In this document: positions 37,661-52,546 of the stretch, piece after piece
How positions within the stretch are numbered: position 1 is the first letter of the stretch
Layout of the letters: every line of letters begins with the position of its first letter
The notes under the pieces: generated by a model
The model's database searches: none
The model's input: only the letters and a program-made list of their open reading frames with translations
Told to the model about the DNA's origin: nothing
NCBI GenBank assembly: GCA_012295275.1
Contig: CM022677.1
Location: 11,594,001-11,658,000, forward strand
Direction: 5' to 3'
Length of the DNA stretch: 64,000 nucleotides
DNA from: Chrysomallon squamiferum
Lineage: Eukaryota > Animalia > Mollusca
Translations under genes and position numbers: made by a program

Positions 37661-39089
37661 TTTATTGAAGTTTTCAATTTGACTTGTATTATGATTAGGA
37701 CTAATTATTATTTTAGTAGTAAGCAATAATCAGTACAACAAATTTGAGGACCAAACTACTCATGAATGACTATTTTATTTATCATTTTAAGTAGTATTAT
37801 TGCAGTTAGTGTTGTTGTTTTTATCGTTAATGTCGTTATGTCAGTATTACAGTCGTCATTATAAAGAAAGAAACAATTATCAACAAATAAATAGATAGAT
37901 AGATATACACATACACACACACACACATAGAAAAGAAATAGTTTGGTATATGTGTTTGCCTTAGAGGATAGTTATACACGAAAGTTCATATCAGTGAGAT
38001 GGTGTTTATGTATATAGTTAAATAATAGACAGATAGATACATCGATGGACATAGAGATAGATAGACATTTTACATTTCATATCATGAACTTGTAACAAAA
38101 TGTTTGTACATGCATTACTATATAATATCACATTAACCTCGCTTTTCACATCTTTTCTTTTATTGGTCATTTTAATTATTCAGTTCAGTTTTGGGTTTTT
38201 CTATCTGTCTGTGTGTCTGTATGTCTGTCTATGGATTTCTCTCTATATATGTATGTCTGTCTCACTCTCCATCTATCTGTCTGTCTATCTGTCTATCCAC
38301 CTACCTATCTACCTCTCAGATTACAGTGGTAAGTGCAGGTGTCGCTGTAATTAAAATTTCAGTAAAAGAAATGATAAACACTGCAGAAAACATTGATAAT
38401 AAAACAGCGATGATACGTTATCTCACTGGGAGAGGTTCTGTGTATGCCTAAAATACTGAAGGATCTTAGATATTAATATTAATATTAATATATTTATTTA
38501 TTTATTTATTTGTTCCTGTAAACGGCAACTGAAATGTCCTTGGTATTGCAGTAATGAACACAAAAAATGTTCTTGTTATTATGATGAACGCTGATTACCA
38601 CATATAATGGAACTGAACGACAATATTTACAGTTTATTTGCTTCAACCAGACCTGTTCATACTAATACATTTCAATTCAGCGAAAGAACCGTAATGTTTT
38701 ACATTTATATATAGCTCTCTAGATTTTTTCTAGTTGACTACTAATTATCAATTTAATTTTTAGGGGAGATAATAGAATATCACTTTCTACGGTTAATTAA
38801 GAATTAATCTGTAATAGCGCAGTATATTTACAGAACTCGGCTTTTCAGTAGACTTTTATTAATAAAAACGTCTGTTAATGTTTCTCTACATTCTAAACTT
38901 TTCTAGTATTTAAGAAAGATGCACTTGCAAATATCAGTAACATGGTGAAGTTAATTCATCTTAATCTAGCCTCTCAACTCCAATTCTACTATCTTTATAA
39001 TAAAAAATGAGAATAATACGCATTATTAAACGTTGATTCATTATTCAACTTGTTAGATACGTTATACCTGTTAACGAAAAATTAAGCTT

Positions 39090-39129
<40 letters not shown>

Positions 39130-39807
39130 TTATGCAACGTAAAATTATGTAATATTGTTAATTATAAAACAATACCTCTATTTTTCAATACATAATATTA
39201 CCGCTACGCCTCTGTTTAGAACATATAACATAAATAGTGATGGCGGTACTGAAGTTGCATTTTATTTTCATAACGCCGTGTAAAATTACTCCTACTTAGC
39301 TGTTCTGTGAAACAAGTTCTGTTAATAAAATGTCACACTAGTATGGAAGCGTTCTCGATATTCACATACAATTCTACTGTTGTTTATAAAAACACGTTAA
39401 CCTGGAAGCCCAATCTACATTTCTGAATGTACACTTTTTTCAAAGTACATTTACACCTGTAATATTTACTATAATGCTACAGTACCCGCATGAAACACCA
39501 ACAACAACAACGACAATGACAACAACAATAGTAATATATAGAAAATACATTTTTAATTTTTACTCGATTTCTTTACTTCTCAATGTCCATAAGACTTCAA
39601 ACGTCATCGCTCCAGTCTGGATGTCAATATATTTTATGACGTAGCTATAGCTTCACACAGACAAGTAACCTGGAGATATCCACTTTTCAATCCTCTTTAT
39701 TAACAAACAGAACATGATGTTGTATTTTTGTATTTATTTATATTTTTGTTTATATAAAAATCAAAAAGGTGAAAATGAAGGAGATATTTATTTGAGAAGC
39801 TCAATGC

Positions 39808-39879
<72 letters not shown>

Positions 39880-41049
39880 AATAAATAAATAAACAAAAAT
39901 TTACATCGTATAATCAAAAACATTTTTTATAATTTAGTATGTAGGTGAGAGGTGTATATTGAACATATTAAATAGGCTTCTCGATGTTTTTTTTTTTTTT
40001 TTTTTTTTTAATTACCAATGTATGATTATACTTGAAAAGGTGAGAAGAGGATAGATTAATAATATGACAAGTTATAACTTGACAGATTACTTACATTTAC
40101 TAACGCAGAATGTGCAAGATAAATATTTTGTTTTATAGAAGATCAGTGGATAATCAGAATTATTGCGCGCGCTTGTGGATTAACGTCATTTTTTATTGTA
40201 TTAGAGATTATACAAGAAACAAAATCACATTAATATTACAGATAAAACTAAATCTCTAAAACTGTGAATCAAGAACAGAACATAATGCTGCAGGGAAATA
40301 GAGAGTTATGTACCCTATTTTCAACAGAAGCTGTAGAGTTGATACATAGTAAGTTAGATTTCCAGATTCGTATTATTAACAAAATACTTTTTTTACTTCC
40401 AGACAAAGTGTTATATGTATTTTAGGAAGTATACTTTTTCTAACCAGAAGAACGATGAACGTGATTTTCAATAATCACACCACAGACTGTGTTTTTAATT
40501 ACATTTTTCTGGTGATTAATATTTAACCAGAATATTTTAAGAAATGTGGTACTTGTTCGTCCTATACAACGGCGAGTGTTTTGTGAAGAAACGTTTGGGT
40601 GAAACTTGTGAAGACAAGTCGGGCTGTGCAGACGTGTAGCTGACTGTCTGGATAACACGTGTTTCAGTAAAAATTCTGCTGTCCAGTTTTGTTCTTCCAA
40701 AAGTCAAGTCATGATACAAATCGTATTTGAGTGTTTACTGAAACATGAAACTTTCACGTACATTGTAGTTTTCTATGGACAAATTGCTGTACGAAATTAT
40801 CAGGGAAACAAGATTTCAGTTTTATAAACTGAGATTCAACCAAAAATAGCTTGAAATATTATGAATACCACTATTTACACTGATTATCTTTAATTGAAAT
40901 AAATAAATAAATAAATATAATTTTAATTTTAATACCGACTGCACAATTCATATAATGGATGTTGGATATTAATAGTATCATTATATATGTATTTGAGATG
41001 GCGCCAGTTTAATCTGATATTTTAAAAACTTCAGGTAAGACTGTATTTT

Positions 41050-41553
41050 TTATGATGCAAAACAGAGGTAAAACATAACAAAACATCACGTTATTTTCAC
41101 TAAGTATCAATAAACGTCGCAGGTTTTATATATAAAATGTGAATTACGTCGCGTTTTAAAAAACAGAAAACTTAGCTTATCTCTGTGAATTTTAATTTTA
41201 ATGTCGTTTGCTTTGCAAACTCAAATTTTGTGATTCAAGTAACGTGTAACTTCTCACGTGTTCAGTATTAATTTTTTTTTTTTTTTTTTTTGTTGATAAG
41301 AAATTGTAAATATTTCACAACAGAGGGTTCCCCTGTATATCTAGTCATTAAGTTATTTATTTCTAAATTTAAAAGTCCAGCGCTGAAAGCCACTATAAAA
41401 TAAAAGGTCAGATCCATATCAATGTGATATTTGATTAACAGCAGAACAGATTACATTAATTCACGTTAATACATAAAACCAGCTGTATTATAAATTGATA
41501 CTGAGTGAAAATAACGTGATGTTTTATTATATGTTCCTCTATTTTGCATCATA
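41050..41553. mobile_element. MITE-like foldback element, copy 2
   Basis: Same inverted termini as 18150-18566, with an extra internal ~95-bp segment. Confidence 0.6.
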
Positions 41554-41801
41554 ACAAATACTGATATTTCTCGTACATTTTATTCTACTAGGAAAAATCT
41601 TACATAGTTAATATTATACTTTGTAAGTTACATCATAGAAAACATGCCTGTCCTCTTGAACTAGTGTTTTATGAGATATGAAGAGATTTTCAGTTAGCTA
41701 GACGAAATATATCATTTATTTCATACTACTAAAACATAACAATAATGTCTTTACTATCAAGTAAATTATAATGTTTCTCCTCCAGTTATCAGTAAAATTT
41801 T

Positions 41802-42591
41802 AACTGAAGCTTTTAAAATATCAGATTAAACTGCCGCCTTCTCATTTACATAATACGCCTAATATGATATAAATATCCAATCTCCATTATTTAAATTGTT
41901 CAGTCGGTATTAAAATTAAAATCATATTTATTTAGTTATTTAGTTATTTTTGTAAACACAACAATAACTACAATAATACTAATTAAAATGATAAATAAAA
42001 TAATAATTAAGAAAGACTACTGAAACAAGGATAAAAAAAAAAAGAAAGCATATATTCTTTATACTAGATCATGCTATAATTGGTTGAATCTCAGTTTATT
42101 CATATAAAACTGAAATCTTATTTGTTTATAGAAAGTAAACTCTGTCCAGTGTCACAATTTACGTCTAGAAAACAACACTCTACGTCAAAGTTTCGTGTTT
42201 TAGTAAACACTCAGATACAAGTTTTATCATGTCTCGACACTGATTTTTGGAAGAACCAAACTGGCCAGCAGATTTTTTAATACGTTTGCACAGTCCGACT
42301 TGTATTTGCAACTTTCACCCAAACGTTTCTTCACAAAACACACGCCATTGTTTAGGACGAACAAGTACCACATTTCTTAAAATATACTGATTAAATATTA
42401 ATTACCATAAAAATAAAAACACAGGCTATGGTGTAATTATTGAAAATCACCTTCATCTTTCTCCATCTCACTGACTCCAGCTTAGAAAAAGTATATTTCC
42501 CAACGCTTTGCCAGGAATTTAAAAGTTTTCTTCTATTACTACTTCTGTCAGGAAGAGCTAAAAAAACAAAAAACACAAACACATCCCTTAC

Positions 42592-42634
<43 letters not shown>

Positions 42635-43177
42635 TTCGATCCTTTTGTTAATGACATGAATCTGGAAACGGGTATATTTCTCCACTAGAATAAAAGCTAA
42701 GTATCAACTTTTCAGCAAGTTGAAAAAAGGGTACATAATTCTCTGTTTCCCTGCAGCATTCACAGATTTAGAGTTCTAGTTTTATTGTAATAACAAAGGT
42801 GACATACTTTTCTTTTCTTTTTTTTAATAATCTCTAATAAAGTCAATAATAAAAAAAGTTAATCTATAAGCACGAGCTAAATGTTTTCATTATCCACTGA
42901 TCTTCTATAAAACAAAATATTTTTCTTCGGCATTCAGCACTAGTAAATATCGTAATGTGGTCAAGTAAAAAAATGTCATATTTTTAATCTATCCTCTTCT
43001 CAACTTTTTTAGTATAATCCTACATTGTTAATTAAAAAATCACAATGAAGAAGCCTATTTAATATGTTCAATGTACACTTCTGACCTACATAAAAAATTA
43101 TAATAAACTACGCATCATTTTTTTATTATACGATGTTTTTTTATTTATTTATTTATTTATTTATTTATTATTATTAT

Positions 43178-43209
<32 letters not shown>

Positions 43210-44140
43210 CTACTAGTAGTTATTGAGCTTCTCAGATAAATGTCTTGCTCATTCTCACGTTTTTATTGTTATCTAAAAAAAATTAACAAATAAAAATTAA
43301 ATACAAAAATACAACATCATGTTTTATTTCACAATAAAGAGGATTGAAAAGTGGATATCTCCAGTTACTTGTCTGTGCAAAGCTATAGCTACGTCATAAA
43401 ATGTATTGAAATCTAGACCTGTAGTGATGATGTTAACATTTCAAGTGCTATGGATGCTGAGAAGTAAAGAAATCGAATAAAGATTAAAAGTTTCTTTTCT
43501 TTATATTACTATTGTTGTTGTCATTGTTGTTGTCGTTGTTCTTGTTGTTGATGTTGTCGTGAAAACTCTGTGATTCAGAAATGTAGTTTGGGCTTCCAGG
43601 TCAGCATGTTTTATAAACAACAGTAGAATTATATGTGAAATCCAAAATGTCGACAACGCTTCCATACTAATGTGATATTTTATTACATCAGAACATGATT
43701 CACTGAAAAGCTAAGTAGGAGTAATTTTACACGTCGTTATGAAAATAACATGCATTTTGTTAATAGAGGCGCAGCGATAATATTATGTATTGAAAAGATG
43801 GCGAATTGAAAAATACAGCTGTTTTTTTTTTTTTTTTTTAATTAACAAGATTAGATAATTTTATTTCGCAGTAAATAATTAGCTTATTGTTTAATTAAAT
43901 GATATATCGTACCTAACAAGTTCAATAATAAATCAACGTTTAAGGAAGCGTACTATTCTCTCTCTCTTTTTTTAATTTTTTAATTGCAGTTGAGAGGTGA
44001 GAGGCAGGATTAAGATGAATTAACTTCACCATGTTATTGACATTTGCAAGTGCATCTTTCTTAATATAGTCCAGAATATAGAGAAACATTAATAAAAGCA
44101 ACATAATTATTAAAAGAGAAGTGAAAAGGCGAAAATGCGC
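41802..44140 (-). repeat. Diverged inverted copy of ~38815-41035 (unit right end)
   Basis: ctgaagcttttaaaatatcagattaaac at 41804 is the reverse complement of ~41008-41035. It continues through the MKITFI pseudo-ORF paralog (42440) to gtgaaaaggcgaaaatgcgcg (44121). Confidence 0.9.
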
Positions 44141-44599
44141 GGAGAGAAGTGATCACTGTATCAACATTCTCACTTACGGTTTACAAAACTGGTTCTCATT
44201 ATCGGGGAGATGTTTAGGAAGATTTAATGCTGGGCTACGGCTATTACAGTGGGGTATATGCTATATGTCGCTTATGTTACATGTAGTGGATCTGTAGTGC
44301 TATATCTTTTGAATCTATCAGCAAGAGTTTGCTACTGTTTTTCCTTATTAATTCAAGTATTAGTTCGCTAAAGGGAAGCCAACGAACAAATTTAGCGAAC
44401 TATTAAACCGTCAGGTTAAATAATCATCGGTTGGTTAACGGAACAAATGTTCATGGGAGATAACTCTATAACCTTGTACTTGCTATGTTTTTCCTTTTCA
44501 ATTCCAGTAGGGTTACTTACCCGGAATAAATAAAACAAACCAGTTTCTCTGAACATTTATTACCAGCTAATTTGAACAACTAAGACTCAATTTTACTGA

Positions 44600-45460
44600 C
44601 TGACTGTTTGTTCAAGGGAGTGCACTGTATCTAGTATATTACAGACTGTGGTATTTACTCACCTGTCAGGGAGTCTGTTGAAGGCAGTGAATCGTGTCTA
44701 GTATATTATGACAGTGGTATGTACTGCCCTGTCAGTGATTATGTTTGTTCAAGGCAGTGCATCTTGTCCAGTATATTACAGACTGTGGTATGTACTATCC
44801 TGTCAGTGAGTCTGTTTGTTCAAGGCAGTGCCTCGTGCCTAGTATATTTCAGATTGTGATATGTACTATCCTGTCAGTGAGTCTGTTTGTTCAAAGTAGT
44901 GCACCGTGTCTAGTATATTACAGACTGTGGTATGTACTACCCTGTCAATTAGTGTGTTTGTTTAAGGCAGTGCACTGTATCTAGAACATTGCAGACCGTG
45001 GTATTTACTACCATGTAGTTGAGTCTGTTTCTTCAAGGCAGTGCATCGTAGTATATTAAAGACTGTGGTATGAACTATCCTGTCAGTGAATCTGTTTGTT
45101 GAAGGCAGTGCCTCGTGCCTAGTATACTACAGACTGTGGTATGTACTACCCTGTCAATGAGTGTGTTTGTTCAAGGCAGGGCATCGTGTTTAGTATATTA
45201 CAGAATTTGGTATGTACTATCCTGTCAGTGAGTCTATTCAAGGGAGTGCACTGTATCTATTAGATTGCAGACTGCGATATGTACTATCTTGTACAATGAG
45301 TGTATTTATACAAGGCAGTGCACTGTATCTAGTATATTACAGACTGTGGTACGTACTATCCTGTCAGTAATTCTGTTTGTTCAAGGCAGTGGATCGTGTC
45401 TACTATATTACAGACTGTGTTTTGTACTACCCTGTCCGTGAGTCTGTTTTTTCAAGTCAG
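44600..45460 (-). repeat. 71-bp satellite array (~12 units), inverted relative to 5900-8483
   Basis: ctgtttgttcaaggcagtgc...tagtatattacagactgtggtatgtactatcctgtcagtgagt; preceded by an inverted copy of parts of 8490-9110. Confidence 0.95.
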
Positions 45461-45679
45461 TATAATGACGACTGTAATTCTGACATAACGACATTAACGA
45501 TGAAAACAACAACACTAATTGGAACAATACTACTTAAAATGATGAATAAAATAGTAATTCAAAAGTAGTTTAGTCCTCAAATTTGTTGTACTGATTATTG
45601 CTATATAATCATTGTTTACTACTAATAATAATTAATCATAATCATAATACAAGTCAAATTCAGAAGTTCAATAAACTAA

Positions 45680-45920
45680 ACTCCTTGACAAACATCACAC
45701 AATATGTTTCAAGTCTACACCAGCTGGGATTTCAAGATTTGCGCAAGAATCAAGACAAAACCAATTTGGGCACCCGTCACATCCTATGAACTCCTCAGAA
45801 TTCATTCCATCATCAACTCTGCCACAGAGTTCACATTTTTCTTGTGTATCTACTACATCTCTGTCTTCTAGTTCAGGCTCATCGCCATCAACGTTTTCTT
45901 TGGCTGCATCCACCGGTTCC
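45680..45920 (-). pseudogene. PHD-finger fragment, copy 4 (last CxxC disrupted)
   Basis: EPVDAAKENVDGDEPELEDRDVVDTQEKCELCGRV...CDGCPNWFCLDSC... Confidence 0.65.
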
Positions 45921-46192
45921 TCCAAATATGGGGCCACATTTACCTCATCCATGGGTGCCAGAATTGCCCCAAGTGGTGGAGCAAAATAAAAAGCATATTT
46001 CTTGCCTAATTACTACATATTAATCAAGTTTCTTCTGCTGAACTTAATAACTGATTATCTGTCGTAACTTATCACTAACCTTATGTCTATAGGACTAAAA
46101 AATAGCACTCAGTTTTGAAACCTCAAAATGGAGTATAGCGGCTGCAAGTCATAATACACCTCGGAGGCCAAAATTAAACCAACTTACCACTA
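45921..46192 (-). mobile_element. 5' end of pogo-like transposon at TA, copy 4 (extra subterminal repeat retained)
   Basis: Minus strand TA|gtggtaagttgg...aattttggcctccgagg, and ggggcaattctggcacc further inside. Confidence 0.6.
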
Positions 46193-46750
46193 GTTTTAAA
46201 TAAAATAATTTTACTGAATTTAATAAATTCAGTGAATGATCTATATTCAGTTTGAACTCTTTTTTTTCTTCATTTTTTTAATTTGTTTTTTTAAATTTTA
46301 CGACACTCAGTCTTTTTTGTATTTTTACCAACAAGTGTGTTAAATAGAGTTGTTTCTCTTAGACCACGAACTTCTGAAATAGATTACTCCTCGCATAAGC
46401 GAGGTGACGGTAAATTAGATTTGCTGCTTTTAGATGAAAATAACCAATTCTGTATAATGTTTTGTAGCAGACAGAATCAGCTTATTAACATTCCCTGCGT
46501 TTTCTTTTTCTTTTAACTAACCAGTTTCCTGTATTTTGGGTTTATTTAACGTGATATTATTATTTAATGAATTATTGTAAAATTGCTATTTCATTTAATG
46601 TTTTTCATTTAATTTAATTTATTTATTTATTTTATTTAATTCACACACATACATATATACATACAAACACACGTGTATAGGAATGATTATGTATTTGTAT
46701 GTTTAGAAGATGATTAGTATGTATGTGTATATAAAATGATAAATAACTGC

Positions 46751-46782
<32 letters not shown>

Positions 46783-46989
46783 GGGTGGATAGAGAGGTAA
46801 ATTGATAGACAGAAGAAAGGTAGATAGATGGAAGGAGGCATGAGTATATACTGCACAACTTTAAGAACGACTGACTCTGTTGCTTATGTATGTGGCATAA
46901 ATAGATAGATAAATAAATATATTTATAAATAGCTAGAAAGAGTGTAACTAAATAATTAAAAAGGATGTAAATAGAGAGATATATACGTA

Positions 46990-47046
46990 CGTGTGTGTGT
47001 GTGTGACTGTGTGTGTGTTGGTGTATGTATGTGTGGTTTTGTGTTT

Positions 47047-47135
<89 letters not shown>
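46990..47135. repeat. (GT)n microsatellite marking the right boundary of the amplified region
   Basis: Long TG run; the sequence beyond has no paralog in the window. Confidence 0.9.
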
Positions 47136-47137
<2 letters not shown>

Positions 47138-47677
47138 TTTCTAGGACTTGGACTTAAAACGTTTCCACCTGTAAATTCAAAGTAATGCATTACCACCCGT
47201 CAGGTATTTCAGCTACTGCTAGATGTCTAACGAGGGAGTTCTCGGTGATTAACAGGTTGGATTACAAAAGTTTACATGTCAGCTGTAGTGTCCTCCTTGT
47301 TAGTTCAGTTTGCACGTTTTTCACATACATCTAATTTCACTTTGTTTTCTTTCTTACTGAATGACAGCTTTCATATGAGTTGCTAAATTAGCATGTTTGA
47401 TGTTAACATGTGTGTGAGCGTGTGTTAAATACACTAATATTTGAGATAATACAAATTGTTTATAGTCGAATCTAACTAAAGAACTCTAAATGAAAAAAGT
47501 TAAATTAACTTCTTACAGTAACTCCGTAAGTTATAATAATAATAATAATAATAATAATTTAAAAGACAAATACAATATGGTGACATTAAAAGAACTAGTA
47601 CTATTGCAATATCTTGAAGCTTCACGTTTCAGTTGAAATAACTGTATTTAACACGTACATTTACCTGAAAACACAGT

Positions 47678-47828
<151 letters not shown>

Positions 47829-50399
47829 AGCATGGGTTACACTGGTAAATAATTATAGAAACAAAACGTTTCCCTCTCTGTCATTTTGCAGCTGTGGTTT
47901 TCTAATTACAGCAAAAATACCATTCGCAATATTGGTCCAAGTAGTAGTAGTATTAGTAGTTGTAGTAATAGTATTAGTGGCTGTAATAGTAATGGTGGTT
48001 ACTGTAGCAGTAGTTGTGGTGGAACTAGTATGGTGGGTATTGCAAACAACATTCGTTGTGGTAGTCATAATGATATTGGGGTGATCGTTATCGTAGTAGA
48101 TGCTAGTAGATGCAATATTGGTGGTTATGTTACTAATAATGCTTCATATATATGTATACACACACACATACACATACATACATACATTGAGACACACACA
48201 TGCTCGCATACACAGAGAGAGGTGTGTAAACACATACAAACACACGTTTCATGACAGAGTTGCTTTTTCTCAAAGTGTGCATTAAAGATGTAAGAAACAA
48301 AGTTATATTTTGTTAGCGCCAAATCAGTCTTAGCACATTGTGTAAGTTCATTGACGAAAGATTTCATCAATGTGAATGACGCGGTATTTAGTTTAACACT
48401 TAGTATTATGTGTGTGGCTATGTAAGTGTATTTTGTACGTGTTTTATCTACATTATCTACATTATGTGTATCGTGTGCATCAAAATAAGTATACTTTTGA
48501 CTTTTATTTAATTTATGTTTATCACTGTGTGTATATTTATATAAGTATATTTCGTGCGTGTTTTGTCTGTTATCTACTTTATGTGTATAATGTTTATATA
48601 TGTGAGCACACTTTGTTCGTGTTTTGTATGTTTTCCTCCATAATATGCTTGATAGTGTGTATATCTATAAAAGTATATTTTGTATTTGTATTTATCATTC
48701 TCTCTGTTATATGTGTATTTTTATCTATTTAAGTAAACATTGTGTGTGTTTTATATCTTCATTCTATGTTTGTATCTATATAAGTAAACTTTGTGCATGT
48801 TTTGTGTGTTTTCTTCTGTATGCGTATCACCGTGTGTGTATCTATAGAAGTATATGTTTTGTGTCTATATACCTATTACTTACACATCTAGGAATATATT
48901 GTTGTTGTTTCTTTCTTTTTTATGTTTTTATTTTTTTTTTTTTTTTTTTTTTTTCTTATCTGTTTTGTCTTACATGATATCTGTATTGCTGTCTATATCA
49001 ACAATGCCATTAATAATAATAATAACGATAATAATAATAATAATAGTAGTAGTAGTAGCAGTAGTAGTAATAATAATAATAATAATAATAACAACAACAA
49101 CAACAACAATAAGACGAAGTAGAAGAAGAAAAGCAACTATTAAAACAGTAGTTTAATATACACGTGTGTATGTGCGCGCGCCCGCTTCTATCTGTGTATG
49201 AACATATTTGTGTTAATGTTGGTGTAGATATATTTGTGTATATTTCTTTATACAGGAATCAATATTCTGTTTTGTGACTGCACAATGAGAATACTCTGTG
49301 TGTATACATATGTGTATGTTTGTATATGAGGGTATTTATGTCAGTACGTATGTGTTTGAGTATTTTGTGTACGTAAAATTAGTACAGTTAATGTTCATAT
49401 TCGTGCTATCATTGTTATTGTTCGGAAATAAATAAACTGCAACAACAGCAACAGCAGCAACAATAACAACAATAATATCACTAACCAGATGCAGAATAAA
49501 CTAAAAAAATAATAAGTAAATAAAACAATTCTTCAGATCGCAGTTCCGCCAATGTGCCCCTGCTACGTGAATATTGTGAATTGTTCCCTACTCAAACTAA
49601 CTTGAACGTGCACACTAAATAAAGACGAAACATGATCGCTAACACCCGGATTTAAAACACGTGTCTGTAGACCTCAAGTGAGGTATCCAGTTTCACATTT
49701 AGTCAAGTTTTTAAAACATCGATTCTGTTTTGTTTTTTGATTTTTTTGTTGTTTTTTCCTGGCTTAGCAATTTTCGTTTGTGCGGTTGTTTCTCTGATTT
49801 TATTTTTATTTTTTGTGTGTGTGTGTCTGTGTGTATGTGGTGTGTTTGTGTGTATGTGTGTGTGTATGTGTGTGTATATGTGTGCGTGTGTGTGTCTTTG
49901 TTCTTTCATTTGTCTAACAGAGAAATGTATAAAATACGTCAACCAGAATAAAAATGTAAATGTTGGAAACTTTTTCCCCGCACGTGGGCCGCCGGCGCGC
50001 ACCTTTTGCACGTGTTGAAACATTTCACACGACCCGCGGGGAAAGTGTCACAGAGCTTTTTCAGATGTTGCAAATGCTAGGGATCTCCAAAACAACAATC
50101 TGTATTACCTGATACTAATAAATTTATAATAAATCTCAACAGTGAACTATTTTTTTTCTACACTGATATTATACACATTAATTATATTATACAGACAGAC
50201 AGATATACAGACATTCATACAGTTAGGTGAAGATATAGGTAGCCATACAGAAAAAGATATCAAGAAACAATGTAAAACAGTTTTAAAATTTAAATGAAAT
50301 AAAGACAGAAGAATATTAATGATTATCATATAAATATTTTATTACAGTTTTGATTGTACAAGTATATTTTAAATATTATTTGAATAGTTTAGATGTAAG

Positions 50400-50488
<89 letters not shown>

Positions 50489-50751
50489 AAAACTTGGTGA
50501 AAATTTCTAAAGTAAATCAGAGTTTGTTTTAAAGTGAAATCAATTTTGTAATTTAGCAAGTTTATACGATAAAGTAATTCATAATAAATAAATAACATAT
50601 TTAAAAATAAAGAAAGTAAACAAATTAACTAAATTCATTACCTTACAGTAAATAAATAACTGATTTTCTGTTTATTTGTCAGAAAGAAATGTCTGTGGAC
50701 TTTCACCTTCAAAACAATTAAGTGAAACTAAGTTAGCAGACAGGTTGAAGT

Positions 50752-52463
50752 TTACTTTTTACACCAAGTAAATATTTTTATTTTATTGTACATTTCCACA
50801 TATAGTTTGTTGTCATCACAACAGACACACCAAGGTCCTAATAGTCCATCCTGGCGTGTGAGGATGTCACGTGTAATGCTACCATCTCGTGACAACTGAA
50901 CAACACAATTTCTATTCCAGTCAGAAACAAAAATATTTCCCTCCCTGTCACATGTAACACCTTGCCAAGTTTCTCAGTTTGTCTGAATCACGTGACTTCC
51001 ATTTGACGTCACCTGATGACGTCACACAAAATAAACTGTTTTCTCTCTTTGAAACAACAATCAGACATTGATCGTGAACTGTGAGATACTCGGACTGGGG
51101 ATCAAAACTGTTGAGATAGAATTAATGAGCTGACCACTGTCTGTCAGTATGTCCAAGCACTGATTGTAGAACCAATCATCAGTGACCGCGAGACGGTTGC
51201 CAGGTAACACAGCGATAAACTCGTACTTTTTACAAGTTGTAATTGTTTTTATCAAATTTAAGTTTTCCAGATTTAAAAACAATATTTTATATTCATGTGG
51301 CAGAGCAACGACAACAACATCATCACCTTGCTGATCACGTGATTCAGCAAGACCCCACGGACTAGTGGAAGTCACGTGTTTGTTTATCAGTGATTTTCTT
51401 TCTAAACAAAAACATTTTACACAGTTATTGTTTTCATCACTAACAACAATTTTACTCTTGTCCTCACCTGACACCAGGATGGAATGCACAACAGGATTTC
51501 TTTTATCTTCTTTTGTTTTTGTGTTAATGGTGTCTGTGTGTTTGAGTGTGTCTGTCTGTTTGTCTATCTGTGTGTCTCTGTGTTGTGTTTCTGTGTTAAT
51601 CGTGTCTGTGTATTTGAGTGTGTCTATCTGTCTGTCTATCTGTGTGACTGTGTGTTGTGTTTTTGTGTTAATGGTGTCTGTGTGTTTGAGTGTGTCTGTC
51701 TGTTTGTCTATCTGTGTGACTGTGTGTTGTGTTTTTGTGTTAATGGTGTCTGTGTGTTTGAGTGTGTCTGTCTGTCTCTCTATCTGTGTGTCTCTGTGTT
51801 GTGTTTTTGTGTTAATGGTGTCTGTGTGTTTGAGTGTGTCTGTCTGTCTCTCTATCTGTGTGACTGTGTGTTGTGTTTTTGTGTTAATGGTGTCTGTGTG
51901 TTTGAGTTTGTCTGTCACTCTGTTTATCTGTGTGTCTGTTTGGATGTTTGTGATTATTTCACCAATGTGTACAGACATTTCTTTCTTTTTGTCAGATTTT
52001 CTGAGATTTATTTTGAATTCTGCTTTTTCTATTTGTGAAAGAGAATTTGTCAGAAACTCGGAAGTTGTGTTTTGAAGTTTGGTGAATTTTGCAATATTTA
52101 ATTTTATGTCTGACTCTGATTTTTGTTGTATCAAATGTTCACCAAGTTTTATAAACTTTTTATTTTCATCAATCAGATGTTTGTGTTCTCTAAACAATTT
52201 CGGTATTTCTGAGTTTACAAAGTTCTGAGATTTTTCTATTTCTCTTATTAACCTGTCTTGTTCTTTGTGGACTGCTGCAGTAAAATCTGTGATTAGTGTG
52301 TTACCAGTCCTTCTGACCTCTTCTGTAGTGTCCACGACGTTGATGTCGACGGCTTGGCGAAGTTGCTCAATCATATCATCCATCTCTGTCTGAAGAATTT
52401 CTTTAAAGGTTTTGAGACTTTCAGAAACAGAGCTCAGAATTGAAATGTGATCTCCCTTTTGAG
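50752..52463 (-). pseudogene. TRIM-like E3 ligase last exon: coiled coil, 24-aa repeats, NHL/beta-propeller with frameshifts
   Basis: atttcag acceptor at 52464-65, in frame with the RING exon. NHL-like IVVSDENNNCVKCF, TSPWGLA, VVVALP. The ORF stops at 51061, but the propeller continues in other frames (EYLTVHDQCLIVVS..., GVTCDREGNIFVSDWNRNCVVQLSRDG...DILTRQDGLLGPWCVC...KLYV). Confidence 0.85.
51510..51945 (-). repeat. 72-bp in-frame coding tandem repeat (24 aa, ~6 copies)
   Basis: TDTLKHTDTINTKTQHTVTQIDKQ repeated in ORF 51061..52383. Confidence 0.95.
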
Positions 52464-52491
52464 CTGAAATAAATAAATGATTACTTAAATA

Positions 52492-52546
<55 letters not shown>

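Larger units (their letters stand above)
31187..41801 (+). repeat. Segmental direct repeat, copy 2 (partner 9315-18812)
   Basis: Collinear with 9315-18812, with an extra internal tandem duplication and extra segments (e.g. ~40515-40645). Confidence 0.95.
45461..46990 (+). repeat. Deleted copy of ~1785-4030 (fourth copy of the PHD/pogo block) ending in (GT)n
   Basis: tataatgacgactgtaat at 45461 matches 1783; collinear with deletions up to 46990. Confidence 0.9.

Noticed and set aside
44178-44250. MORN-repeat-like YKTGSHYRGDV*EDLMLGYGYY
   Set aside because: A single unit with a stop, straddling a rearrangement junction (only the distal half is shared with 9095-9115); probably chance
51365-52075. 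Plus-strand 236-aa and 184-aa V/C-rich ORFs
   Set aside because: Antisense shadows of the 72-bp repeat in the TRIM exon
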